Assembly: GCA_002269645.1 (NCBI GenBank)
Contig: NIVC01000459.1
Coordinates: 124,001-188,000, forward strand
DNA length: 64,000 bases
From: Macrostomum lignano
Lineage: Eukaryota
Reading direction: 5' to 3'
In this document: positions 27,835 to 40,598 of the stretch, piece by piece
How the letters are laid out: every line of letters begins with the position of its first letter
How positions within the stretch are numbered: position 1 is the stretch's first letter
Translations under genes and position numbers: made by a program
The notes under the pieces: generated by a model
Seen by the model: the letters and a program-made list of their open reading frames with translations, nothing else
Told to the model about the DNA's origin: nothing
The model's database searches: none

Positions 27835-28477
27835 AATACTATTCATCACAGGAAAGCTGCGGACACCCTGGCGCAACGCCTTTGGCGACTTCGTCCCGCA
27901 ACTATACCGCTGAGAGAAGAGAAGAGAGGAGATGGGAGGAAGAAAAGAGAGGAGAGGAGATGGGAGAGAGGAGATGAGAGAGGAGAGGAGATGGGAAGGT
28001 AGAGGAGATGAGAGGGGAGAGAATAGAGAGGTGAGGAGATGAGAGGGAGAGAAGAGAGGAGAGGAGATGAGAGGGTAGAGGAGAGAGGAGAGGAAATAAG
28101 AGGGGAGAGCGGATGACGGGGGAGAGGAGAGGAGATGAGAGGGGAGAGGAGAGAGGAGAGGAAATAAGAGGGGAGAGCGGATGACGGGGGAGAGGAGAGG
28201 AGATGAGAGGGGAGAGGAGATAGGAGAGGAAATAAGAGGGGAGAGCGGATGACGGGGGAGAGGAGAGGAGATGAGAGGGGAGAGGAGATAGGAGAGGAAA
28301 TAAGAGGGGAGAGCGGATGACGGGGGAGAGGAGAGAAGATGAGAGGGGAGAGGAGAGGGGAGAGAAGAGACCTGAGAAGGGATATAAGCCCCAAATGAAC
28401 GTGACTGTGCACGGAATCGAACCAGAGTTCGCGGCGCTAGAGTCCGACGCGTTCACCGCTGAGCTGCACCTACCCCC
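27835..28477 (-). mobile_element. Related SINE subfamily copy whose middle is replaced by a CT/GA-rich low-complexity expansion
   Basis: tRNA-like head (GCAGCTCAGCGG; GGTTCGATTCC) at 28477-28400 and a 3' core 'gcgccagggtgtccgcagc' at ~27880-27860. GA-rich tract at 27910-28370. Confidence 0.65.
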
Positions 28478-28499
28478 ATGATTTCCCTTGCCTTCAGGC

Positions 28500-28720
28500 A
28501 CAGAGAGTGTACAATAACTGACGATTAGAAAATCAGGGCCGCTGTACACCCTGTGTGAGCATGAGCATGATTGCGTGCCTGAGTACAGTATTGTCGCGCT
28601 CAGGACTACTGTTTGTGCTCAGGAGTCAGTGGAATGGGCAGAATCGCCGTCAGCACGGGTTGTGGAACCATGTCGCGTTGCCCCCAGGGTGCCCGCAGCC
28701 CTCCTGAAAAAGTAGCTCCT
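28500..28720 (+). mobile_element. 3' half of a related SINE
   Basis: The segments 'agggccgctgtacacc-tgtgtgag', 'ggaatgggcag' and 'ccagggtgcccgcagccc' align with the SINE body. Confidence 0.6.
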
Positions 28721-29722
28721 ATTACTACTCAGGGAAAATCATCAATGGTGTTGTAAAACAGATCAAGCTATCCACTAGCTACATAACACTCTTTTGACTT
28801 TCTGCATCAAATAGAAGGCAATAGAGCAACTGGAAGGCTCTTTGCATTGTTCAACACAATCGTTGGGTGCTACCTCTGCATGGCGCCATACAGCAACTCG
28901 AACTTCTCAGTGCCTCGGGCATCAGGTGGACAGAGAGAGGCTGGAAATTGCCGAGGGGCATTCTGCTGCAGCAACGAGAGCCAGCCTAAGAATCCTATTC
29001 ATCTTTTCAGCGCGAGAAGGCTGCAAGGACAATGGATGAAATTTCAGCCCACGCTCAGATTTTCAGTCAGATTTTTGTCGCCAAAGAGGGTCTCTCACGA
29101 GCCTCATTTTTTTACCGAACCTTTTATAACTCTCTTTTACAGTGTCTGTCTCGGTCTCTACTCGTTCGCTTCTGGTTCGTGTCTTTATTAGAGTATAGGC
29201 ATTCTTTTTTGCAGTTTATTGTTTGGGCTGCTCACTCCAACTTGGCCTCAGTGTAGAGTGCAACGAAAATTAGCCAAGCCAACCCGGGGGGGGGGGGAAT
29301 CTCTAAGTTTACTCATTTATGCACAAGCACGTATAACACGAGCTAGTTGCGAAATTCTCTAAAAATTCCTGATGTAAAATAGCAAAACAAAGTTTCTGAT
29401 ATATACTGTATATTATGTGATAGATATTTTAATTTATTTATATTTAAAATGGTCGTTATAGAGGTGATGCAACATTCGCACTGAGAGAAACAATACTAAC
29501 AAACATTTAACAAATAATACTTTATCGTGCTCCAGGTTGGACTATAGCTTTTTAAACTATTAGTTGAAAAGTGCAGATTTAGATAAGATATTATTTTTTA
29601 ATTACCTATTAATTTAAGGAAGCTTAATTTAGCGCGTCAATGACAAACAGGAAGCATAGCGAATTGTTTAGTGCTAAACCTGGCGATTTCAGAATTAACC
29701 AATCATTATTCAGCGGGCCTCG

Positions 29723-30549
29723 TTAGATCATTGGCGTCTTCCAAATGATGAAGACGTACTTGTCATAGCGGAGCACGAAGGCATAGCCGGGCTCGTAGCT
29801 GAAGAAGCACCAGTGCTGGCCCTTCACGATGACGCAGTGCCACAGTCGGGTGAAGCGCTCGTCAGCAGTCTCCTTGATCCACTTCACCACTTTCTGCAAT
29901 GCAATGGACGACAGATGTTTATGTAAACATGTGCTCGAAAACGGAAGAAATTTAAACTAGGAATGACTTCTGTTCTCACATTCAAGTCCGCATCGAACCG
30001 AAGTCCTTCAAGACAGAGCCGCGCCACCCTCGCTTGCCACTCGAGTTCGGATGTCTGAGCTCCGAACAGTATCTGGACACCCTGCGGCAGACCGCTGCCG
30101 CCCTCGACGTTCACGCGCTGTTCAAACACAACGGTGGACACGCTGAAAGTTAAGAGTTGTTGTCACTAATTAAATTGCTTAGCTACATGTAATACAGATT
30201 GGTTCAGATGTACATGTATTATGCACATGTACTCACACTTCAATTTCGGTCATCCGTAGCACCCGGCAGAACTCCTCTAGAGTGATGCAGCCGTCGTTGT
30301 CTTTATCAAACGCGTTCATGTAGAGCTGCCAAATTGAGCGTCGAGGGCATCAAGTTGATTGAACGGAAAAATATACACTGTGAATAAAAATGGCATCGGA
30401 CTTACATCGAACTTCCTATCTTGGATGCCTATCTTTTTCAAGTAGACCCCTAGTTCCTGAGCTCTCACTCTACGTTCAGTTCCATTTGGATCCAGGCTCA
30501 TCCAGGCCTCCTTGAAGATGTTCATATCTTCCCGGTCAATGGCAGACAT
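29723..30549 (-). CDS. TAL-like protein (divergent), 188 aa; exons 30549-30406, 30325-30237, 30142-29980, 29893-29723
   Basis: GT-AG splicing gives MSAIDREDMNIFKEAWMSLDPNGTERRV...LYMNAFDKDNDGCITLEEFCRV...LWHCVIVKGQHWCFFSYEPGYAFVLRYDKYVFIIWKTPMI. Confidence 0.92.
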
Positions 30550-32744
30550 GATCTCGTCGACTGCACACTTAGGGACAGTGTAGAAAAGATTCTGAATACG
30601 AAAGCTGAGCGATGACTGTAGCAATTTCTAAGAAAGTTTTTATAGTGTTTCCTGTGTAGACGAAAAAATGGGCTTGGGGCTGCTGCAGCTTGCCTTGATG
30701 GTGTTGCCTGCCACAAACAACTGTAAGCAGCAACCTCAGCTTAGACTAAAAAGTAAAATGCAGGGCTTGAATAGCCAGATCAGCTACGCCAAACACCACC
30801 TCTCCGCTCCTTTACCCTGATACTGCTTAGGATTGTCAGATTCTCATTCCTCGCAGTACTCGCAGTATTCCTCGCTCAGACGTGGCTGGTACTGCTTTAG
30901 CTGAGAATCCTGCACAATGCGAAGCATAGATTGCAACTTTACTGACCCCTAGAAAGGAGAGGTGGGGAAGTTCGGTTTGGTAAGTTGCTATTTTCTGAGT
31001 CTGAGCACTGCCTTAACACGCCCCAGCTGCACTCACTGAACCGACAGACAGAAAACTAGTTTTCATTTTATTTGGTCGATTGAGACAGTGCTTTTTGATC
31101 TGGGCCGCTGCGAATGCAATTCTGCATCAGGTGAATTTCCAACCTCAAGCGTAGGCATTCCATAACGTTTTAAACGTGACAAAACTTTTTCATGCTCCAA
31201 CTTTCTGCCAACTTCCAACAGTGAGACAGTAAAAGAGCATCTCTATGGCCTCGCCAGTACTCTCTTCCAATTAAAGCAAGCCTTAGAGCGAGACTTCGAG
31301 CGGTTATAAAAAGTCGATCAATGCCATTGCATACCACCTAGGAATTTCAGTCGTAGGAGGAGCTACTCAGAGAGGAACCCAGACTCAGAGAGCGTCGACC
31401 AAGTGATTTTCTCTGCTAACTTTGAGAATTAGTTTTTTAGGATCAATTTTAGCATTTATGAATAAGAGAACAAAACTAAATCCATTACTTACAGGCTCAC
31501 TAAAGCATTGCGCTCTGGGTCTGTTGTATACAAGTGACTAGTTCGCATTGCAAGGATCGCACTTGTGTATTTACTCGACAAGTTACAAGTCACGGATAGC
31601 AAAAATTGTTGTCTATGGCCACTCTGGACTCAGAATCGACTGTAGGCCTGTTTTACAGTGTCTATAAATAAAAAGGCTTAGCTCTCTTCTTTCACTGGCG
31701 TTAACTTTTGGGGTTCTAAGATGACTCTTACAGATGCATTCAAATAATTTCTAGAATTCTCATCGTGCGACTCTTTGTAGAGCATGGTGGGAAGCAAGTC
31801 AATAGTGACGTCATGAATTTGGGACAATAGCAATTCACAAGTCCGAACGCAGTGTAAACGGATTCTATGCAACTTGTCACTGGCGACTAGCCGTGACAAT
31901 TGTGAGCGATCCCGCGGCGCTTTGTAAGCTACCGGGGTGCCGTCGTTTCAAATGTTCAACCAGTGATGGACATGCGTCGGTCATGGTGTGTCGCACAATC
32001 TTCAGATCACATATTGCACTTTATATTAGGCTTCCATTACTTGTGAGAACTGTCCCTTGTAACTTTTCAATATCGGATGTAAATATCCACTGCTAAGCTG
32101 GATACTCTCCCCCCACCTCGATTCCTTCCTTCGTCAATGTCATTAGACGAAATCGCATAGCAATGAATGATTACTGCACTTTTTCCTCCCTCCACACTCT
32201 CTGTGTACATTCTCTCTCCTCCCCATACATTTGCGTACAATTTTAAATAAATTGTTTGCGTGCAGGAACGGAGAGTGTCATTCCTGCACGATGTCCATGT
32301 GTAAAACAGTGGAGATTTGGCCATAGATTATTTAATTCCTGCACGACTGCCTTCATTGTCGGCTGATTTTCCATGCAAGAATGGCATTCTTGCACTCTGT
32401 TGCGTGCAGGAATGGATGTCTATGGTAAAATCTCACTGAAAAAGCATTAGGCGCAGAAATGCATTCCTGCACGGTATTGTGCATTCCTGCACGATGAATC
32501 ATCCGACAATGGAATTCCTTCACGTTCACTCGTGCGTGAAGGACATCGTGCACTCGTGACCGTGCAGGAATATATCATTGACATATGGCCAAGCATTCTT
32601 AAATTGCTGACACTATTCATTGTCTATGGCCAAAAAGCAATCCTTCACCAATAACGCGACTGTGCAGTAAATCCCAATCCGTGCTGTAAATTCCAACCAC
32701 CGTGCTGTAAATTCCCGCACGTATTCAACTTATTAAATTTATTT

Positions 32745-33205
32745 AGGTCTACCTGAGCTACTGGTCTAATTCTACCTGAGCTAATGAGCTATTCCTGCCT
32801 AAGCTACTGTCTCAGTACCTGAGCTACTGACCCAATTCTACCTGAGCTACTGACCCAATTCTACCTGAGCTAGTGAACCAATTCTACCTGAGCTACTGAA
32901 CCAATTCTACCTGAGCTACTGACCCAATTCTACCTGAGCTACTGAACCAATTCTACCTGAGCTACTGACCCAATTCTACCTGAGCTACTGACCCAATTCT
33001 ACCTGAGCTACTGACCCAATTCTACCTGAGCTACTGAACCAATTCTACCTGAGCTACTGAACCAATTCTGCCTGAGCTACTGAACCAATTCTGCCTGAGC
33101 TACTGAACCAATTCTGCCTGAGCTACTGAACCAATTCTGCCTGAGCTACTGAACCAATTCTACCTGAGCTACTGACCCAATTCTACCTAAGCTACTGAAC
33201 TAATT
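32745..33205. repeat. 23-bp minisatellite (ccaattctacctgagctactgaa/c)
   Basis: Direct tandem periodicity. Confidence 0.95.
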
Positions 33206-33473
33206 CTATCAGCCGAGGTACCGAAATTTAGGACTGAAACTTACATGTTCGCAGGCAAAAATATTTTCCATTGCTGTTGTCACTTAATTAAAATAAATTA
33301 TAAAGCCCTCTTATCCCTCTTATAGTCCATGCGTGCGGTAAATTCTTTTTAGCGACATCGATGGACGTTAGGGACGTTTGATTGCTATACGGGAATAGGC
33401 TTATTAATCGGCAGTAGAGGACTGAACCCAGCTAAACGTAAAATATCACGCGTTTCGGCTCGGATCCAACCAG

Positions 33474-34127
33474 GGGGGTGTTTCTCGAAACTCACGTAAG
33501 TTCTATGGTAAGTTAGATCGTAAGAAAGAAATTTACGTGTAGCGTAAGTTTGCTCGTAAGACGCTTTCTCAAAACTCACTTAGACTTTGCGTGGCTTACG
33601 CTGTTCGTAAGTCGTATCTGAAACGAAAAGTTGCATGTCTATGGTCATAAATCTGCAAATATCTTTACTTAGTCTATCGTAAGTTGCTTTCGAGAAAGAC
33701 CCACCTTCGATAAAGTTTAACTTGACTTGGCTTGACTAAAGCTTCACGCACTATGCGATTAGTGCTTAAGTGCGTCTTACGACTGATACCGAGCAGTCGT
33801 AGGGTTAAGATCAACCTTACGAAAGACCATAGACATACGAACATTTCGAGAAAATGTCTATGGTAAAATCTCACTGAAGAAGCATTAGGCGCAGAAATTC
33901 ATTCCTGCACGGTTTTGTGCATTCCTGCACGACGAATCATCCGACAATGGAATTCCTTCACGTTCACTCGTTCAAAAGTTCGTAACTTTTGCGCAAAGTT
34001 ACGAACTCGTAAAGTTGCGATCAATCTTACGCATAGCTAAATTGCGAGCCTTTCGAGCAACCCGTAAGTGTAGCTTATCCAACTTACGTCTATGGTCGAT
34101 CGTAAGTTGCTTTCGAGAAAGACCCCC
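33474..34127. mobile_element. Second, inverted copy of the Harbinger-type MITE carrying a ~130-bp insertion
   Basis: Reverse complement of 12230-12753 with a CAG TSD at 33471-33473 and 34128-34130. Confidence 0.78.
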
Positions 34128-34652
34128 CAGGCAGGCTACCCAGACGAGTGTTGCAGACGCAGCAAATCAATATCATTTTAGCCATAGACATCCTCATGGG
34201 CCTGATGTTCATTTCAAACTCGTTTTAACTCGCTTTGGGCCTTCTCAATATAACACAATATGGTCAGCTACCCTCAGTCTTTGTAGTCAAGCCACAAGTA
34301 CTTTCCAAGAAGTAAGAGCTGAGCAATCCGTTGCCCAAGAAAAATTTCTGCACCGCTGTAGCTTGAGTAAGTACGAGCGAAAATAGACAGACAGACAGCA
34401 AATTTCAGATAAGTAAATTGTGATCTTGTTGAATGTTGATATACTTCAAATATATTTGAAATAAATATTCCTAAACAGTGACGTATTTTCAAAAGAAAAA
34501 ATTACTTCCCAAGATGCGACAGTATTAAAATCTAATAGGTTTTTATAGAATCTATAAATGGATTTGATTTGGATTTGTATCTAATAATAAACATTATTCC
34601 CTAAGTACTTAATTATATGTAAATTTCGCCGCGGCATTCCCATGTTAGGCAT

Positions 34653-35472
34653 TCACATGGCTGGCGTCTTCCACACCACGAAGATATACTTCTCGAAGCT
34701 GAACACGAATGAATAGCCGGGCTCGTGACCGTAGTAGCACCAGAACTGGCCGTTCACCATGACAATGTGCCACAGATTGTTGAACATGCGATCAGCCGAG
34801 GTTTTGATGTTCCTGGGCACGTCCTGAAAATTTAATAGGTTAAACTAGTCAGCTAGTTCAATAACTAGGTACACAGAGACAGGACCGTTGCAATGCATCA
34901 GAACTGCAGCTCCACTAACTTTCAGGACGCTAGTGGAGCCCAGCGTCTCGATGCACAGCTGGGCGATCTTGATCTGCCAGGCGATGTCCATGTCACCGGA
35001 GATGTAGGTCACTCCTGCCGGCAGGCCGCTGGCCACCCGGCTGCGGGTCTCGTAGGTCACGGTCTGGCCCAGGCTGGAAGCACAACAGAAAAGAAAAGAA
35101 GAGTGTGATTGATCAATTGGGTGAATAAAAGCCATCATCAGTTAAACCTCGGTCGCCACTGCGGGTTACTCACACTTCGGCCCTGGACACGCTAAAAACC
35201 CGGCAGAACTCATCCAGGGTGATGTAGCCGTCATTGTCGTGGTCAAAGGTGTTCATGAACAGCTGCAAATGGTAAGTTATGGATTTTTTTGCAAAGCTAT
35301 AAGAAACAGGCACGGGCTGCTAGTAATAAGCTGAGCTTACGTTGATCTTGGCGTCCGGGATCCTGTTTCGCTTGAAGTAGGGCCACATCTGCTGGATGCT
35401 GATTTGGCCGGTGCCTAGAGGGTCCAGATCCACGAAGACATTCTTGAACAGTTCCAGGTCTCGCCTATCCAT
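34653..35472 (-). CDS. TAL-like protein, 181 aa; exons 35472-35341, 35262-35174, 35073-34920, 34823-34653
   Basis: Open after GT-AG splicing: MDRRDLELFKNVFVDLDPLGTGQISIQQ...LFMNTFDHDNDGYITLDEFCRV...LWHIVMVNGQFWCYYGHEPGYSFVFSFEKYIFVVWKTPAM. Confidence 0.93.
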
Positions 35473-35877
35473 TTTGTTCGGCGTTGGATGACAAAAAAGG
35501 ATTTAAACTGAGCTGCGCGCTGGAGCGGTGGAGAGGCGAGCAGGCCGCCGCCCCGAGGGGGTTTATTTATAGGGACGTCGGCGCCGCATGAGGGGGGGAG
35601 GTTGTTTTTTAGGCGCGTGCGAGGGCACCCGGTTGGGCCCGGCTTGATTTATAAACAGAGATTTGTGCGGGGCCCTAGCAGTTGGTTTTAACTGTTGCTA
35701 CGTCTGACCAGTGGGAATTCGAGTGCATTTCGCCACTCCCTCCCTCCTCCAGACTGTCTGCACCAGCTACACTCTATCAGGTTTCCAGTCTTATTGTGAG
35801 TTTTATGCAGCTAAATATGCACTGAGACTAACCAGCTCAGTTAGTAGCGGCTTCTGAAGCTCATTGTCCCAGTGAGA

Positions 35878-36745
<868 letters not shown>

Positions 36746-37865
36746 TTCTACATGTATCTCTAACTATCAGCAAATTTGCGTATTCTTTCTGTTGTTGCTT
36801 GCAGTACCCTACCTATACTACCTGGAATTGTGCTGCAGCTCAGTCTAGGCTGAATATATGAAAGCCCCACCTAGAAACAGCCAGACTTTTCAGAGGCTGC
36901 CAAAGGTTAGCAAACGCAGGCATTTTTCTATGGGTTGAGACCTGGCCACAAGCCCCACCCTTGGTCGCTTATTGCCGCGTAAAATGCAAGAAAAGCCAGC
37001 AGCGGCCTGAGTCGGAACAGGTCTGCTATCCAGGGGGAGGGGGCTATTCAAGTTGGTCGAAATTCCTCTGGAATCTGAGGATCTATAGGCAGTAACGCAC
37101 AGAAAAGCTACTGATGCATTCACGTAGCAATGGAAGTTCTGGCCTGGACTAGAGACGCGCAACCTGCAAGCAGACAACTCCCGGGGTCCATTGTGCGACT
37201 CCAATACAATGAGGGCGGCGGCTAATTTTTGGAGGCACCCAGTGACCCCTGGCTGCGTCTGAAGGTTCAGAGAGGGGGTGAGGGTGGGTTGAGTGAGGGG
37301 GCACTTGATGAACTCAGACGCAGCTCGGACCATGCACTAAATGCCTGAACTTGGCAACATTTATGAATGCTATTGAATAGACGCTGAATGAAATTAATAT
37401 AATTGCTGCAGTTGTTGTCTGGCGTTGAAAAACACAGTTTTTATATGCTAGCTTTGCAGACTTTCTGCACTTGTATGACACAACCAATATCGGTATATTT
37501 AACTGGAAGAAAACTGTGAAACAAGTCACATTCACTTGACAAATGGCAGTACAAATGTTAGTCTTGTAAGACAGTAAGACATCCAGGGACAATGCGAGAG
37601 TTTCTTCGCTGTCCAGCTTGCTTTTCGTTGACAAAATAGTCAGCGCATCCGAGGGAACGCCAGGCACTGTTACCTAATTTATAGTAAAACGGTCGATATA
37701 GATAGTTTCTGTCATTTTTGCTCGGTTCTTCTTCCCTTCAACTCCTTTCTCTCAAGCTTCTTGAATCTTGACTGGATTGACATGTCTTCTATTTTCGCTT
37801 CAGTACTCTGTCTATGGTTCAATCCTCTCTGACTAAATTCAATGGTGGGGTTCCATACGTTTTCT

Positions 37866-38563
37866 CAAGGACGACTTAAGTAGAAGGACGGGAAACCTCG
37901 TTTCTTAGAAAATTTTTGAAGGCACTTTTTCCCGAAAAAATACACTACGGAGATAGGAAATTTTCATTTTTTCAGCACAAAAATTGCTATTACTTTTGAT
38001 AGGAGGCAGATCCAGTGCTCATCTTTTGATATGTTGTGCCTTTTTTATTGCTCTATCGATATCTATAAAGCTTTTAGTTCGGAAAATTGGGATTCTATGT
38101 TAATTTTTTGTTCTCCGTATATTTTCGCGTGTCTTCTGCTTGAAATACATTGGAATGCCACGGCTCGGCTCTTTGGTTTTAGAAGTCTATTTTATCATTC
38201 TTAACTGACTGTTTAGCAAATATTCGTAACAGAGATGATAAAACAGGTTTATAAAAGCAAATATTGGAGCTGTGTCATGCATTTTTGTGATTTTCAGATA
38301 CAGGAAATGTACGTAGAATAAAAAATTGACATATAATCCTAATTTTCTGAACGAAAAGCTTTATAAATATCGATAGAGCAATAAAAAAGGCACAACATAT
38401 CAAAAGATGAGCACTGGATCTGCCTCCTATCAAAAGTAATAGCAATTTTTGTGCTGAAAAAATGAAAATTTCCTATCTCCGTAGTGTATTTTTTCGGGAA
38501 AAAGTGCCTTCAAAAATTTTCTAAGAAACGAGGTTTCCCGTTCTTCTACTTAAGTCGTCCTTG
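37866..38563. mobile_element. Foldback MITE with ~225-bp TIRs and an 8-bp TSD (P or hAT superfamily)
   Basis: Starts CAAGGACGACTTAAG and ends CTTAAGTCGTCCTTG, with long near-perfect inverted arms. TSD cgttttct at 37858-37865 and 38564-38571. Confidence 0.85.
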
Positions 38564-39897
38564 CGTTTTCTGTGCAGGAATGAATCAAACAACACTGACT
38601 TTGTCTATGGTCAAAGGACAATGCTATTCCTGAAAGCGCAGGAATATACCAGTAATACTCGTAAACGTCTATGGGTGCACGAACGCATTTGAACGAGGGC
38701 GAGTGCCGGTAGGCGCAAGCCATAGACAAATCATTATTCTATGGCCTACCCGAGCTTTAATGATTGTCCAAGGAACGTCATTATTCCAGGCTTCCAACGC
38801 GCATTTCAACCATAGACAAAACAGTTTATTTAACAGAAGTGACGATAAATACACTAGGCAATTGAGAACATGCTCGTACATACATGTAAATATAAAATAT
38901 GCGTATAACCTGGCCCTGCCTTAGAAAACAGACCCTTCAAAGAGTCTTTAGTCTAGGAAAACCATAGTCTATGGTCGAGCGTATACCCTCTAACTCTTCC
39001 CTTTAGTCTCTCTATCCAAGCTCTAAAATTGTCTATGGCCAATCCTTTAAGACAATTCTAAGCGGTACGCAATGAGAACATCTATGCGGTACGGAATGAT
39101 CGGTACGCAATGATCGCGGGACTCGTTTAGGCCATAAAATAATGAGCGTGTGTAGTATGTACTAGCCTTGAATAATTAATGATCGACTGCCACTCGAAGA
39201 ACACAATGACAGCGATCATTATTCAAGGCTAATACATACTACACAATCTACCATTATTCTGTCCCACTTTGTCAAGGACACAAATGTCTATGGCACAATA
39301 ATAGTAATGTATAATGTATAATGTATATTAATTATTGCGGTTTAAAAATGAATGAATCAACTTGGCGAAGAAGTTAGTCAGTGGACTGGTCTGGTCTAGA
39401 GACAGCAGCAGTTGACTGACGCAGAATTGTCCAATCCAAGCATTCTGAATGATCCCCCGAGCTTCTGCGGGAACTGACAGAAAAGGAAAAAAAGAGATTT
39501 AATTATTGATGAACTATTCAACCAGATGATCCTTGTGTGTTCCCGAACGTTATTTACTGAATTCTTTCGTTCATTCCTGTTGTGTATGCTATCGTTTTTC
39601 TCTCGTCATGCACTGCTGTAAGTAGGCAAGCAATCGAACGTTTTATATTTAGCAGGTTTTGAGCCTAAATGGCACGATTTGATCTTTACTTTGTATTTTG
39701 TTATTAATAATCGATTTGTGTTTGTGTTTGATATTTCATGATTAATTACTCTTAGCTCTAGTTACTTTGTGTTCTTCCAGCTTTGCTAACGAACCAACAA
39801 ATTTCACAGATAGTCCGCACTTACCACTAATTGTAACTTGTTGTAACATCTGATCACTAAAAACCTGATTTACCGTAGACCAAAGATTAGACAAAAG

Positions 39898-40283
39898 CAG
39901 GGGCGGATTTGAGGGGGTTGGGGGGGCGGCCGCCTCTTCCTTTGTAGCTGGCGATGATGTTACCCCTTTTCCTTTGGGCTAAAAAAGGTCCTCACCACCC
40001 TCAGTTTTCCCAGTATGGGGCCCCTCTTGTGTACATTAGGGCGCCCCGCTCGTGTATATTATGGCGCCCCTCTCGTGTACATTAGGGCGCCCCGCTCGTG
40101 TATATTATGGCGCCCCTCTCGTGTACATTAGGGCGCCCCGCTCGTGTATATTATGGCGCCCCTCTCGTGTACATTAGGGCGCCCCGCTCGTGTATATTAT
40201 GGCGCCCCTCTCGTGTACATTAGGGCGCCCCGCTCGTGTATATTATGGCGCCTCCACTATTATCGCTAAAATCCGCGCCCCCT
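39898..40283. mobile_element. Possible TIR element (CAGGGGCGGATTT ends) containing a 46-bp tandem array at 40020-40255
   Basis: Imperfect inverted ends. The internal unit is a dimer of two 23-bp variants. Confidence 0.4.
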
Positions 40284-40598
40284 CAGTTGAAATTATATTA
40301 TTTATTAATTTCACTTACAAATAAGCCGCTTTGTTGTTCCAGTTTAGAAAAGGATAAAATCATCGGATTGTGCATTTAAACAAAAAATTAAATTGTTTTA
40401 TGGCTGTCAGTTGTTTGTATTTGGTGGAATTGTTATAAATTTGATCATAGGTCTAGCTATAATTTTGATTGGGTAGATCTATGACTATTAATTATATTAG
40501 TAATCCTATTGGAAAAACGTTTAATATTTGGTGATTGAGTTTTGTTCTAAGTATGACAGTTCTACTGTTGAGTCCGGGACCAGGCCTCCTTAGTTCAG

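Noticed and set aside
28400-28477. Possible tRNA genes (also 23130-23201 and 21080-21115)
   Set aside because: Only A/B boxes are present, with no convincing cloverleaf. The first two continue into SINE bodies, and the 23130-23201 copy has a TSD. The third is an isolated B-box-like fragment.
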